From Balanoglossus misakiensis (taxonomy: Eukaryota > Animalia > Hemichordata), in assembly GCA_040954595.2 (NCBI GenBank), contig CM082578.2, positions 8,479,519-8,543,518 on the forward strand: a stretch of DNA of 64,000 nucleotides, written 5' to 3'. Under the pieces are notes generated by a model. It was not told the origin of the DNA. It was given only the letters and a program-made list of their open reading frames with translations, and did no database searches. Below are positions 42,237 to 55,888 of the stretch, one piece after another (the stretch's first letter is position 1; each line of letters starts with the position of its first letter). The translations under genes and the position numbers were made by a program.

Positions 42237-43109
42237 ATATTAGTCAAGTGATACATTCCGCTTCCCAGAAGCCGGTCAACATACAGCAAAGAACGAGAAG
42301 AGAATAAGTTGGTATTTCCAGGGGGTATATAATGACGCACATGTGCATTTCGGAGGTGGTTGGGTGGTGTGTGACGCCAATAATGATGCAGTAATGTCCT
42401 ACGCAGTTATATCTTTTCCCGAAAATCGTATTATTTTATTTATTTTAAAGCTACTCCTATAACATTCTTCGCGTTAAAAGATAGTCCACAACATTATAAA
42501 ATATAAAATCAAGATATTTATCACATCGACAAACTTTTTGTGTAATAGAGATCACTGTAAGGGTCGTGGTATTTAGGCGGCCAACTTGTTCGTCAATTTA
42601 CTGGATATATGGATTTTTTCCAGTGGTCTTTTGACACTATGATTGTTACTTTTCGTATTTTGTATACGGTCTGTCTGTATACGGACCACTTTTTACACAA
42701 AACCAGCACACAGATTAAAATATTTCCACTAAGTTTATTATTAAACACGTAATAATATTTAAAAATAAGTGCGACAATATTATCCGTGAACGAAGTTCCC
42801 CTCTTCACTCAAGTTTTCTTGAAAATCCGCCCCTGGGGCGCATACTACCGTAAGCGTACAAAGGAACGTCTGCGCGGTGAAAACAAATCCAAAAAGCGCT
42901 ATAAAATCATTTTGTCCGCGCCACTTGTGGCTCAGCAATTATGCTGTTGACGTTGTTTGTCTGCCACAGCTCAGTACAGTGAACTCGGAATAGCCTTTAA
43001 TATGCATCCAATGTCACAAAACGGCCAGTGTGAGAGACTGCATAGTAGGCTCCATGGTGGGACGAAGTAGGCCTTTTCATTGACACGGTTATAAAAGTTG
43101 ACGACCATT

Positions 43110-44985
43110 TCAAACAACGGACAGGACACTAAACAGAAGGACCGCAAGAAAGGCCGGGACAGATGACTTCAAAGACAGCGCGGATCCCGGACCGCCATCA
43201 TCGCCGACTTTATCGTCGTCGTTAACTCCATCATCACTGACGCTGCCACCGTTATCTGTTGCAGATGTCGTGATTTCTTTCTCGCAGAAGAAATTCATCA
43301 ATTTTCTCGAGTCTTCGGTGGCCTTCAACTGCTCCGCGGACAGTTGAGGGCAGTACCGCTTCGCCTTCTCTGTCTGACAAGTTGTGACGTCATCGTATAC
43401 ACTGCAGGTATAGATTTAAGTAATATGAAAGACAGGATCCAATCACCGAACTATAGTATAGGCCTAAAACCCACATATTCCTGCAAATTCGCAAGTTGTT
43501 GTGTACACTGGTATTTGAGAGATGTGAGACGACATTTCTCCTCGTAGCGGTGAAGTATGTGGAATTATGTATTAAAGAAAAAAAATGCATTATCACCGAT
43601 TTGAAATGGGAGAACGTATATTCGAAAAAATTACATAAAAGAATGCACTCTGGTGTACAAAATAAGTCGTGTACCTGCAAAGCCTTTCGTCATAGGGATC
43701 TGTGCGGATGATCTCCATGAAAGTGTCGGAGCAGGGCGCCGCCGCGGTCGTCAGATCATCGCCGCATCCAGGTATGACCATTGCCGGGGAGAGCTGGTCC
43801 CAGTTGGTCACGTTGCCGCCGCAGAAGATCGACTCGTATCGCGGTGCTAGGCCAAGGAAACTTGAGGCGGCCATTGATAGGATCATCTTCATGCCCATTG
43901 CGTCATCATCTGGCACGGCTTTGATGCAGGGAGAGCTGCGTGCACGCAAACATTCGTCTACGTTATTGACCGTCTCGCTGTTGAGTTAAAGCCAGAAGCA
44001 GAGGTATATACGTTATAATTGTGTTCGTTGATATGCGTTCGCAGAGAATCCAGTTTTCAGCATGTAGAAGAGAATAAGACGACAATGGCGGCCATTTTGA
44101 ATATCAACAATATTTTTGAAAAGATGTGAATTTCTAAGCTCGCCAGTTTTACATGGATTTTAAAAGCATTTTGCTTTCCCGTGTCCAGGGTAACTGGAGA
44201 AGGAGATTTCATACCTGCATTCATCTCGACTTTTTCTCAGCGTTGTGAGCATGTCCGTCATACATGACCCCACCAATCCAGAAACCCACAAGGTTACGTC
44301 CTCCGGGGTAGGTGGACATCTCCGAGCCTGCGTGTGACCCACCAGAATCACTAAGACTGCAAGGAAAAAGAGCGTTTCCGTGACATATTACAAAAAAACA
44401 GTCTTTCCAATTTTGATGTACAAAGGGCGAAGTTTATGGTGGACATTTGACGACTACCACTATTTTTCATAGCATACTGTGACACTACTGTATTGCAACA
44501 CTGACTTCGTTGCCCTGTCTTCATCGTCGTAAACTACAGGACCCTTTAAAGGCATGCGCGACATCAGGTACTGCATTCCCAAGAGAGGGATGTAGTTTTG
44601 TGGTCGTTCTTGGTGCTGTTATAAAGCTCTGGCTCTCGAAAATGCGTTTATTTAGAAAAGAAAGTCCCGTCAGATTTTGACCGCTTCATTGGTAATTGAG
44701 CTTCTACGGCATCGACGTCCACAACTTATACACACGAAAATGTTTCAAATAATCACCACAGTGATGGCATTCAATGCAAACTCTTCATTCTCGGAAGCTA
44801 CTGTAGTATTTTGAAAAACAGCAACATCATTGGCCCCTGAAAACAACACGTTCAAAACAACCTGATATCCATCGTATCCACCGTTAGGCTCTCATCCTCG
44901 CCAAAGAAAACTCTTTAAAGGGAAATTTGATAAAAATTCACTCACCTGTGAGACAGAGAGAGGCGTAGAAACTCCGGGACACCAT
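43110..44985 (-). CDS. Secreted Cys-rich, probably GPI-anchored protein, 258 aa; exons 44985-44946, 44356-44215, 43977-43675, 43401-43110
   Basis: Signal peptide MVSRSFYASLCLTVLVILVGHTQA, spaced cysteines, an acidic G/D linker, then small residues (GPGSA) before the hydrophobic tail VPAFLAVLLFSVLSVV-stop. Exons sum to 777 nt in phase. Confidence 0.82.
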
Positions 44986-45461
44986 TGCAAGTCACCTGCA
45001 AAATGTCGGATCGACGCGTCAGCACAGCAGCCAACAAACGACTCCCGGTAAATACCTAGTTCAAAATTTACAGACACAACGTATACGTTTTACGACATTT
45101 TAAGCTGTATAAAACATGTGATGAACATTCAAGGCACGCACGCCTGTCTAACGAGTGTGTCAGACCAAAGCGAAACAATTCGGAAATTGCGCGATGCTTG
45201 AACTCAATAAAACATAAGTTGATCAACATGTTTGGATACCGTTGCATAGTTTTCATAACAAATGAGACTGGAAAATCAGTAGGGGAAAAATAAAACAGAC
45301 TGAACCCTGTGTGTCAGTGAAAAGGAATCTTCGCATCACAGGCCACGCCCCGGGCCGTGTCAATTTGCCCGATCTCGTCATGGGTCCTATCAAATGACGA
45401 TGTGAAAATTCGCATATTTTAACAGAATGGAGGTACATGTAAAGGATAATTGTCGGTTTGC

Positions 45462-45532
45462 ACTGACTGACTAACTGACTGACTGACTGACTGACTGACT
45501 GACTGACTGAATGAATGAATGAATGAATGAAT
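45462..45532. repeat. (GACT)n-(GAAT)n compound microsatellite
   Basis: Direct read. Confidence 0.93.
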
Positions 45533-48500
45533 CATTCACCTGTCCTATTATCATGAATGCCTCTCCCGAAAGAGTTGATGAAGTTATCGGTTTAGTATTC
45601 TCACTTATCTTTCAATTTGCTGTCATCAATATAATTTAATACAAAATATATATTCAAACAGGAAAATATGCAAATAGAAACTCCAAATATTAAACATTTT
45701 GGCGGTTGCATATGCGTGAATTACGCCAACTCTGTACATCGGGCACACTTGAATAGTTATGGGTTCATGCGCAGACACGGAGCTGGCTGTTTATGGTTCA
45801 TGGTAATAAGCTTACACAGGAAATACTATTACTTGAAAAATGCAGTTCCCGCAGTTTTACACATTTCACAAAGGGTATCGACAAATGGCTGGATATTAAA
45901 GTTGAAATAACGATGCGGTACGCTGTAATCTAGAACGCCTTCCTTCTCCCGGTATTTCAATCCCGCTGGATAGTGGCAATTCCTCTTAATATAGGATTAC
46001 ACTGACTGTAAATGTATGCCTGCTATACCGTTTACAAAACAAAGGGAAAGTCTGGATTGTTGAATTTGACCGGCAGAGTAGAGCGATGGGCAATCCCAAT
46101 GCCATTTACATACACAACACGAGATGGGCCCACCCCTGCGACATAAAAGTCCGACAACATCGATCTGCACGACGGTGTCGTAATTTCGACAAGATCAAAC
46201 CGCTTCACAGATTTTAATGTCGGGTGTTTCTTTTTTCATTCATCTTCGTGCTCGGAATACAAATTATGGGTGTTTTTCAGATTTGCAACGCTTTCGGTCA
46301 CTGGTAATAAAAGTTTATATTTCATCAAGAGCACGGCGCGTTGAATTTTACGAGAGTGAATTTACATGTAACTGGCCCAGTAGCCGTCCGCCTGATTTAT
46401 AACTCCTGCTCGTGATCTCTCCCAGGAGCAAGGCGATGCTCCCCGGGGGTGTCGCACACATCAGTGCTTCACCTCAAAACATCAAGCTCTCAGTTGCATA
46501 TGTATCCCCCGTAAAGACCGAATGAGCTCACCCCCTGGGCTGGGTGACATCAATGCCATCGAGCGTTTTTCATCGTATTTTCTGTCCCCCACCCTATACA
46601 ACTTCTTCATTTGCTATTGACCTCGAACTTAGTTGATGGCCGCTGTACTTGAAGGGTTGTGAAATTCATCATTTCTACTTTTAACGGTCGCGATTTTTGA
46701 ATATCATTTGCTGATGGGGTGTTCAGTGTGTGCCTTAGCATGCAGACTGTAGATAAACAAACATTATGGGAAGGATATCCTTGTTACGAGCAAGGGTGCA
46801 TGGCAAGAGATCGCCGGGGATCATATCCATTTGCACACTATTGAAAACAACACAGTCGAAATGAACATTTGAACATAATGCGTTATACGTACTACCCGGC
46901 AAATAACATGATTAATGCATAAATACACAGAAAATTCACGAATATACAGAGCAGACAACAAAGAATGCATGTGTCAAATTCAATTACACGAGGGATGACT
47001 CTGGAGAATGGCATTCTACAGTCGTAGACCCTTATCCGCACAGTATTTTTACGCGTAAAACACCCAACTTTTTTGTCTCGTAGGTTTCTGATCAGACATG
47101 ATGAAGAGATCCGTTCCAAATTAAATCCGTGTGCTAAGCAAAAGAATCAGTGTTCGAAATTTTCTTCCTGTTAAAAAAATAGAAATGTTTACACCAGGGA
47201 GCGTTACCACCGAGTGACCCGAGACCTCGCCTGCTACGGTCATCCACTGGAATATTTTGCCGAGCGCGGGTATAGGCCTAATAAAACCATAGGCCATCAT
47301 CTGACCCACATCCCAAGCGCGTTGCATGCGTGCCTACTATCATAAAAAATAACCACTGGCACGACACTTGCCCTGCGCCAAACCCATCGGAAGTCATATT
47401 CCATCGTTTCTGGGATAGAGAAAGGGAGAGAGAGAGAGAGAGAGAGAGAAAACGAGGAATCTTGACTAGTCGCTGGCACTACTGTACGAACCTGCTGGAC
47501 GGTTGCAATCACGTCAGATTGATGGAAACGCAGTGCGATTTCTGCAAGCTATCACTAAAGTGCGCTCAAATGATTTTAGTGGTACTTATAGTCTCCGTCA
47601 TAAACCCCCACCCACCCAAACGTTACAAAAGGACTCCATTTGCGCCATGGTAGTTAAACTTACCCTGCTATATGATGGTTCAGTTGTGGTGAGCGGCAGA
47701 TGTTCGCGAAGGAGTCAAAACCTAGGGACGGTTCATAAAATATATCACGCGGGTTGATGACACGGTTTAGTCGTCACTCTGAAAATTAACATCCCAGTAC
47801 TATTCTTAAAAAAAAAAAACAGGTGTGCGTCACAGTATATGAAAATTTGAAATGTATGCGACGTTGTTTATCCTAGAAACTGGAATTGTGCAAATTAATA
47901 AAGGTTGAGGCGGACACAGGGATCCCCCCAGCAGTAAACATTATAAAAGATATATTTATATGTTCGTTTACACCTCACCTCGATTTAAGAGTAGAATCCC
48001 TAGATTCCAATATTTATGTAACGAGCGGGAGAAAAACAGGTTTATGACCGCTCTACGCATGACAAATGAAATGAATTCCGTGTTGACTGACGTTTCTGTA
48101 AAATCCTGTATGCAACACGTCACTCGTCTTCTCTGATCGAGGTCAAGGGTCAATCTGCTCACCAGATGCGAAAATGTTCTTAGCCCGCTCTCGTCTTCGC
48201 TGGCACTGGAATGCTTATGTGCAGTAGGGCAAGTGATCTTTGAGAGTGAAGTAGACGAATACATTTAAAAACCAAATTTCGAAATTTTATAGTACATTTC
48301 CCTTTAATCTTAACGACGTTTCTCCATTTGACATTTCCAGTATTGCCGTCCTGGTTTATTGTTATGTCAGATCAGTCAGTCACTTGACAGAGAGTGGTTT
48401 ACAAGTTTTATAACTGGCGATGATTTTACAACCACGGAGCAATACACCAAGCCTATAAAATGCTAAAATGATCTGTAGGCATAATATAGGATAATCTTTA

Positions 48501-49729
48501 CTTGAAATGCATTTTGACGTGTTTCGCCTTTAAAATATGTCAGAGAAGACTTGTTGGGGAGGGGAAACGTCTTTGAGAACATTTCATTGGGCTAACTGGA
48601 AGGCAAACATGCCGTAAATCGTAAATCGGAACGTTGCACTACAAGTCAGTGAAATTCTTGACATTCATGGCAGAATCTTGGTTGATGGAGGTGTCATCGT
48701 GCATAGCAGACTGTCTCGCCAAGTTTGATTTCAGTGAAGTCGGTCTATGCATGGCAAACTCGATCAAAATGAGAATACTTTAACTCAATTTTATCACAAG
48801 CTCAAGACACGACAGGTTAACATCTCCCCAGCCACGTTATTTTAAGCCTGCACGAGGGATGTTGGTATCGGACCATTAAAATGGTATTGATGGTGAAGCA
48901 AGTTATTGGCCAATTTAGCCTGTTTGGCACCTGTTTCTAGTCTGTTTTCATGTCGGCTGTGAGGGCGCTATTGTACCGGAGAAATTCCAGCTCCAGATGA
49001 ATGTTAAACGAGCCGTCAAAGTTTTCATTACAGCCAGCCATAGTCCGGTTGCTAGCTTAAAAAAACTATAAAACCAACACACAACTGATTACTTTCAACA
49101 CAGTTTACACTTTATTTTCTCAAAAAAATAACTCCAATAGCCATCAACATACTTGCAGGAATACACCACTTGTTCATGGTGGATACTGTTCAAAGTTGAG
49201 TAAAATGACCACACTGGAAAGTTTTTTTCTCTTCACTGTACTTTAAATTTTTACATGTAACTAACTCAAACTGATGTGTAAATTTCGTAGATTTTTTTGG
49301 CATTATTTGAGAATGTACAGCCTATCTATCTAACCAACTAATAACCTACTCTGTCTTTAACGTCAAAAGCAAAAGCCATCCTTGATGCATACACTGACAT
49401 CATTGCTATGGCAACAAAACTACACTTTGGGTATAACTAGATGGATTCATAGCCAACTCGTTTGACGATAAATACAAACCAAAAGTACCCAACAACAAAC
49501 TTTGCTCTGTACAACATTTTAATCTCTGCATCATGAAGTGGCTTCAAAAACAGTCTGTACATGCCAATACTTCAGTATTTTTGAATAAATTACCAATGTT
49601 TTTTCAAGTATTTTCCTAGATGTTCCAACAGTCAGGAGAAATTCCACTATGAGATGATCCTGTTATTTGCTTAGAAAAGAGTCTGTATGGTTTTAAAATT
49701 CATTCAGCTGTGGGGCAGTGGGATGCTGA

Positions 49730-51484
49730 TCAAACTCGGCTGACATCCATTCCAGTGTTAAGTCCTTTGTTGCGATACATACCACATTTACCAAGTGGCT
49801 GAAATGAATCAAAAAGATGAACAGTCAATTTTTTTGCAGAAGATTAAAATGTGAATCTTGCTATATTGCAACTGTTAGTCTGTTGAAATGAATGCAATAT
49901 TTGTACATTATCAAAATCTGTGATCTACAAGTTTTATCATTATCTGCCTTTCTTCTGTGACATTTCCACGAAAGTGTAACTGTCAAAAACATTCCGTTTT
50001 ACTTACTTCTGAAAATTTTTGTGTTCTTGCATGGAAACTTGTTGGCATTGTGTGCACTGATGGTGGCTTTGAACCGTATGTCATATTTGTTGTCCTATAC
50101 ATTGGGTGTTGTGGTTTAATGTCATAACCATCAAACCATTCTGCAATGGAATAAAAAAGACTATGTCAGTCAAGCAGGAAGATAAACAGCTATGGTATCT
50201 ATACTCCATGATGCTAGTTTCATTGTTATCAGTCTGTTCTGTGTGAAAGCACCGATGACCAGCACATGTTGGGATCATGCAGTTGGTCAATATTCTAAAT
50301 ATTAATCATAGCATTTGATGAACTACATGAATTGGTGAAGGGTGTTTCTGTGAAGATTGTTGCTAATGGAGAGAAATATGTGCCTAAATGCTGTCAGAAT
50401 GAAAATAGGGGGAAGTATTTTCTAATGCCAGTGCCTCTTGTGCACAATATGACCCAATCAAATGTTTTGACAAGGTTACACACCTTCACTGCTATGTTGT
50501 GGCATTTCAGGTGGAATCTTCTGTGTACAAGAAAAAATGGGATTACCAGGACTAGCACAGGCTTCTAAATAAAGAAAGAGAAACTTGTGTTAGTCTTGCA
50601 ATGATGCTTAGACGCCAACACCCAAATTGCATCATGATATTTCCAATATTTTTCTTTGAAATGGGGCATCTTTATGTTGTCTGTTAGTCTCAACCTGTTG
50701 ACTACATAGTCAAGGCTGAACCCTACAACTACAAACAATCAAGGAGTAATGAATGTAGACCAGGAAATCAGAGATCAATTTGACATCCACTTCAATTTGG
50801 AATGGGTGCCGTAGGTTCATGATGCAAGGTGGGTTGTTGACTGTCTTGCCGTTCGATAAAATCAGAATTCATACCAGGATTATCAAAACGAGCTGGAATG
50901 CTGTGCGTTCTATAGTAGTCGGATGTCTTTGCGCCTTTAGGTATCATACCTCCAGTGCCTGTGTATGTGCCTTCTGTTGTACCTAGTCCATTATCACCGA
51001 CAACCTGGAAAAACAAATATCATTTATTATAAAGTATGTCACTTGTTGAATTGGCATTCGTCTTCATGGATAATGCCATGATATGTGTACTAAACTGACA
51101 AGAAATTTCATCTTGATTTGGTTTTCTTGACAAAAGTGATACAGTAAACCAAAGTTTAGAAATAGAACATTTGACAATGATGACTGGCATCTCTTTCTGG
51201 ACTCAACACAACAATCATTTGAATGAACTTAGTTGGAATATGACTGACAACGAATTGCAAATGTACGGTAAGGAATACATACTAGTACAATATACTGGTT
51301 ACCTCATTAACAGTGATAAAATATAATGTTTTATAGAAACACCGCAAACGATACACCAAGCAACACTGCAGTCAGCTGTACAATGTCACTCAACAACAGT
51401 GTGTAAAATGGACAGTTCTTCATGCTGACACACAGTAAAACTCACCTCGTGTGGTAACGTTAGTTTGTTTTCTGCTCCAGCCAT
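49730..51484 (-). CDS. PIERCE1: Piercer of microtubule wall (PIERCE1/C9orf116-like) ciliary microtubule inner protein, 123 aa; exons 51484-51446, 51004-50875, 50140-50007, 49798-49730
   Basis: The spliced peptide KTSDYYRTHSIPARFDNPEWFDGY...MYRTTNMTYGSKPPSVHTMPTSFH...KFSE...GMYRNKGLNT matches recalled PIERCE1 (TSDYYR..LPGRFNNP.WF.GY..YRTSNQAYGS). 372 nt in phase. Confidence 0.88.
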
Positions 51485-52011
51485 TTTAAAACAACGAAAA
51501 TCTCACAAAAATGGGGGAGCTAGTTAGGAATTCGCGTACGAGTGAAAAGCTTCCAGCTGCAGAAGGTTTGGATGATCAGCGCAATATGGCGGTGTCTATG
51601 TTTATTCCATCAATGCACAGGCCGTTGCTACCCACAACCTCGAGATAAACAAAGATGGCGATTCCATTATACATTAGTTCAAAGGGGTGGTAGGTCAATT
51701 GCACTTACATATTTCTGTATTTTAAGATTTTTAACCGTAACAAAACCAAAAGAAAACATCTTTTTTGATTCAATATTGTTTTTGAGTTTATTTTTTAATC
51801 CTGAACTATGAATAGTTTTGTCCAACCCAACAAATATCTGCCTGCCAATGCACGCCCCCACACAGAAATGGTAAGCAGTCTGGCCGCTTTTTGTCTTGCG
51901 AGATCTCACGACCAGGAACGAGAACCATCATGGCGGACAAATCAACCTGAAGGGTAGACCTCATCACGTCGAAGTGTAATTTCTCCCATTTTGTCGCCAA
52001 ATTTCGTGAAA
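51485..52011. promoter_or_regulatory. Bidirectional promoter between PIERCE1 and NICN1
   Basis: 527 bp between divergent ATGs. X-box-like GTTGCTACCCACAAC at ~51624; YY1-like ATGGCG motifs at ~51586 and ~51655. Confidence 0.65.
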
Positions 52012-54150
52012 ATGGCGGCAAAACCACTGAATTGCATCATAAAGAAACAGGTGATTTTAAAAATCGGCGATCCAAGGACAGATTTTCACTCGGGCGCAGC
52101 CGTCATCGAAGTGGCTATGCCAAACATCAAGTCCATTGACGTAAGTGTTAATCGATTGATATGAACACCTACTGGGTATCTTCATAATGGTATCGTCAAA
52201 GATGTGCAGGATCTATGAGAAACGGACAATCACAGCTTTTCCCGGCATAGGTGTTGCTATCTTAGAACTAATGGCCAAATCCCACAAAAATAACAGCGGC
52301 ATGCCTTTGAAAGTCTTTGGTCATAGCGCTACAGAAGGGGGAGTCCTTCCTAGCTCCATGCACAGACAAAGCAATTATAATTATTCTTTTCAACAAGTGT
52401 ATGGAGACGTTGGCTGTTATTGTAAATTTGACCATGCATATGTATTCTTTTAACTCTTACAGCTAGGAGACATTACATTCAAGAACAATTACACTGCCTT
52501 TCTGTCAATCAAAGTGAGGTGCAATTTCAAGAGTGCTGAAAGCACCAAGTATGGTAAGTAAAACTGTCATGGTCAATGTGGTATGAGACTTGCCAAAAGT
52601 AGCCACACAAATATTACAACCTTTTGGCCTTACACGTGTATACATATGTTACTGTGTTGCTATAATTTACAAACAATCTACATGCATCATCACATTAGCA
52701 AAAAAAAAATATATTCTCTGCTCTGCAGCCGATACTAAATGGATCACGGTGTTGAGGAGATATCCGTTGATGCCTGACCCCCACTGTGAACCCGGGTCCC
52801 AAGATTATTTCACCGTCGGCAGGAAACAGGTAATTGACTTTTACCACGACCTTCATATGACCTTGGATTCTAGTATTTTCGCTGTTAGTGATATGTAAAG
52901 TTTGCAACTCAACACGTTTTTGTTTTCATTGTACAGATGACAGTAGAAGCCAACAGAGTGGCAGCTGTCCGGTTTGTTTTGCAACAACCATCGCCAGTGT
53001 GGAATCATTTCACAATTGAAGATATCAACTTATACGAGTATAAAGTAGATGTAAGTAATGCACTGTTTCTAATCCTAATCACGGACTAGTATAAAAAAAA
53101 CCCCACCTCATATCACTACTTACAAGCTCAATACCTGCATACTACACGTGGCACCCCAGAATGAGAAGAAAGACCAATGACTGCTGTTTGCGCTCTGGTT
53201 GCAGGCACCCTCTCCTGTGTCGTTGCCCCAATGGTTGTTGAAGAATGCCCACGGTGATGATGAAGAGGAAGAGAAAGAGGAGATCACAGAGATCGAGGTG
53301 AGAATAAACAACGTTCAGTCATTCGGAGAAATCATGTCTGTAGTTACCAACTCAAGTTTTTCACATTTGAACAGGACTCGTAGCTTGCCATTCTATGTGA
53401 CAACCAACCATTATCATCTGTGGCTGAGCGAGTACTATTTCCTTTGATCTTTAAATAGCTGGACTCTTCATTAGAATATTTTGTGGAATAGGCTCATTCT
53501 TGACAGATATAATTATGGTACATGATTCTTTTTCAGGGAGCTCCTCCGGTTGATAACATCTCAGCCGGTTTGCAACAACTTTGGGCGTTGACAGAATCTG
53601 TGAGAGCCAATCAAACAGCAGCATCACTTGGAAGATATGATGTAAGTACGGCCGTTCTTCCACTCTGTCCAAAATGATGAAATACACTTATATTTCTTCA
53701 TAGTGGTCATAAACAAGAATGAGAAAATTGGTTCACATATGTACTTGCATTTGGTTTGCAGAGGTTCTTTCATGTTGTGTGCTTTGTTAAAGGAACTGAG
53801 AGTCTGGTTAGACCGAATCTGCTTTTGAGAAGTTCTGGTGTCTTTTGAAAAAAAAAGAAAACATGAGATTGGCATTTGTATTACACATGAAATGTTGTTT
53901 TTAGCAATAGATTTATTACCTCCCAAGGATGACATTGACATCATTGCTATAAAAAAAGCCAATCCCTCTTTTTGCAGTCATACTACATGTATTACAGAAG
54001 CTGTACTCTCAATCTTTACTGATTCCATCTCCCATGTCTATATTCTTTGAATGGATCAAATTTACAAGATATTAAACTTTTTCTCTTTCCTTCCTGTTTC
54101 TTTCACAGATCGATGGCTGTTACGAGATCAATCTCCTCTCCTACACATGA
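52012..54150 (+). CDS. NICN1: Nicolin-1 (tubulin polyglutamylase complex subunit), 224 aa; exons 52012-52140, 52463-52553, 52729-52829, 52937-53050, 53205-53297, 53537-53641, 54109-54150
   Basis: ITFKNNYTAFLSIKVR, LMPDPHCEPGSQDY, LQQPSPVW, QQLWALTE and the C-terminal GRYDIDGCYEINLLSYT match recalled NICN1. 675 nt in phase. Confidence 0.95.
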
Positions 54151-54950
54151 TGAATGCCCTGAATCGTAGAATTATTTCGTTTTTCCACATCTCAGCTGGT
54201 TACTTGCCTCTTCAGGGAAACCAGGTTCTGAGTTCAGAGTGTCTACACGTGTCTCTGTGTGTATTCAAAGCCCAGGATTTGTCTGCTGTATGAAATGTTC
54301 AAAATCATTCATGGCTCATGGAAATTTTATGAAAGATGTTGTAATCATCGAAGGACAGCTGGAGATGTGATTTCTGAACAATTGTGTTTGCTAGCGATGA
54401 CTGGTGAAATCCAGTTCTTCTGCAATGTTTCTTGGTGGACCAGAAACAGCTGCGGTGTTGTGATGCAGTCTATCTTCGCGCTGCCAACCCCTCCTACTTC
54501 CCCCTCTCCCAGTGTTGCATTCTGGTTCAGAGTGACGATGCATTACACACTTTGGTACCATCTTTTCAGGTATGAAGGGTGGACAAAATGTTCAAATGAC
54601 GTGTTTACACAATAGTATCACAGGTGTAAGAATTTCATCTCATTTTCATAACTTCTGATGATTGGCACAAACCAAGTTGGAAGCATCATACTGATTGTAA
54701 ATATTTTCTTTTTAAGTGTGATAGCAATAAATATGAGGGAAACATTTCTCTTTCAATCATCCCGTAGGGCCGTATTTTGTGTTTTTTTTGAGGTCGTGTC
54801 TAAGTAGGCTGATAAATGTGTGTGGCATAAACCATATAGTGCATCCAATTGCCCTGACATGTACAAAAGAATAATCAAATGATTTCAACACATATTTGAT
54901 ACCAAAGTGAGGAACCATGGATAATTAAAATGAATGGTAAACAAAGTTTT

Positions 54951-55348
54951 TTATAGCTCATGAAAATTGTCAAAAAATGACGAATTCCTGACTTTCCGAA
55001 CTTTGATGAATTTGTCATATTTGGACATTTTTCATGGGTTATAGCTCATGAAAATTGTCAAAAAATGACATATTTCCGACTTTCCGAACATTGATGAATA
55101 TGTCATATTTGGTCATTTTTCATGGGTTATAGCTCATGAAAATTGTCAAAAAATGACAAATTCTCGATTTTCCGAACGTTGATGAATTTGTCATATTTGG
55201 ACATTTTTCATGGGGTATAGCTCATGAAAATTGTCAAAAAATTACAAATTCTCGACTTTCCGAACAATGAGGAATATGTTATATTTGGACATTTTTCATG
55301 GGTTATAGCTCATGAAAATTGTCAAAAAATTGCAAATTCTCGACTTTC
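54951..55348 (-). repeat. Inverted short array (~4.5 copies) of the 88-bp satellite, type A monomer
   Basis: Reverse complement of the monomers at 60312-60790 (ttatagctcatgaaaattgtcaaaaaatgac...ttccgaac...tcatatttggacatttttcatggg). Confidence 0.95.
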
Positions 55349-55642
55349 GTTGGGGTAACTGTGGTGTAACAATGCCATTGAGTAAACCTCGCGTAGAAAG
55401 ATACGTGCGAGTGTTACATGTGGTGATTTGAGATTTTTCTTCTGTGTTTAAAATGCAATTTCTTGTTCTACTTCAAACAACATGCTAATTTACCAAATGC
55501 TCCACTTGTCAACATAGTATAACGACAAATGAATTCTTGTTCGGACTTGAATTCATATTTTGCACAATAACATTAACAATGCTGACAATAAATATGGGGG
55601 CCCGTTCTGGTCAAAATTATGTTTTATTTATTTAATGTTCAG

Positions 55643-55888
55643 GCCCAGTTACGTTGTCATTCAAATGTCCAGCTGCAGACGGCCGGGCAACTTCAGCAAC
55701 GTGGTGCAGACAAAGATTGTGTAGACGAAATGCTATGAGGCTGATACACGTTACGTGTGTGGTAGTTCTGACGTAAACATGCTTGGAAAAACTTTTACTG
55801 GACAGATGCCGAAATATTGTTTGCCCGTCACCTGGAAATGACAACGCCGTGGGTCACATGGCCAGATCATGTGATTGATAGTAAAGAA
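55643..55888 (+). repeat. Dispersed ~230-bp repeat, copy 2 (homologous to 14170-14401)
   Basis: Same collinear blocks as copy 1, with substitutions and indels. Confidence 0.88.

Noticed and set aside
45600-49100. Short ORFs in the intergenic region
   Set aside because: No consistent spliceable reading frame or family motif found.
51176-51247. C/D box-like pair ATGATGA...CTGA
   Set aside because: Antisense to the host PIERCE1 intron, no terminal stem, and no recognisable rRNA guide.
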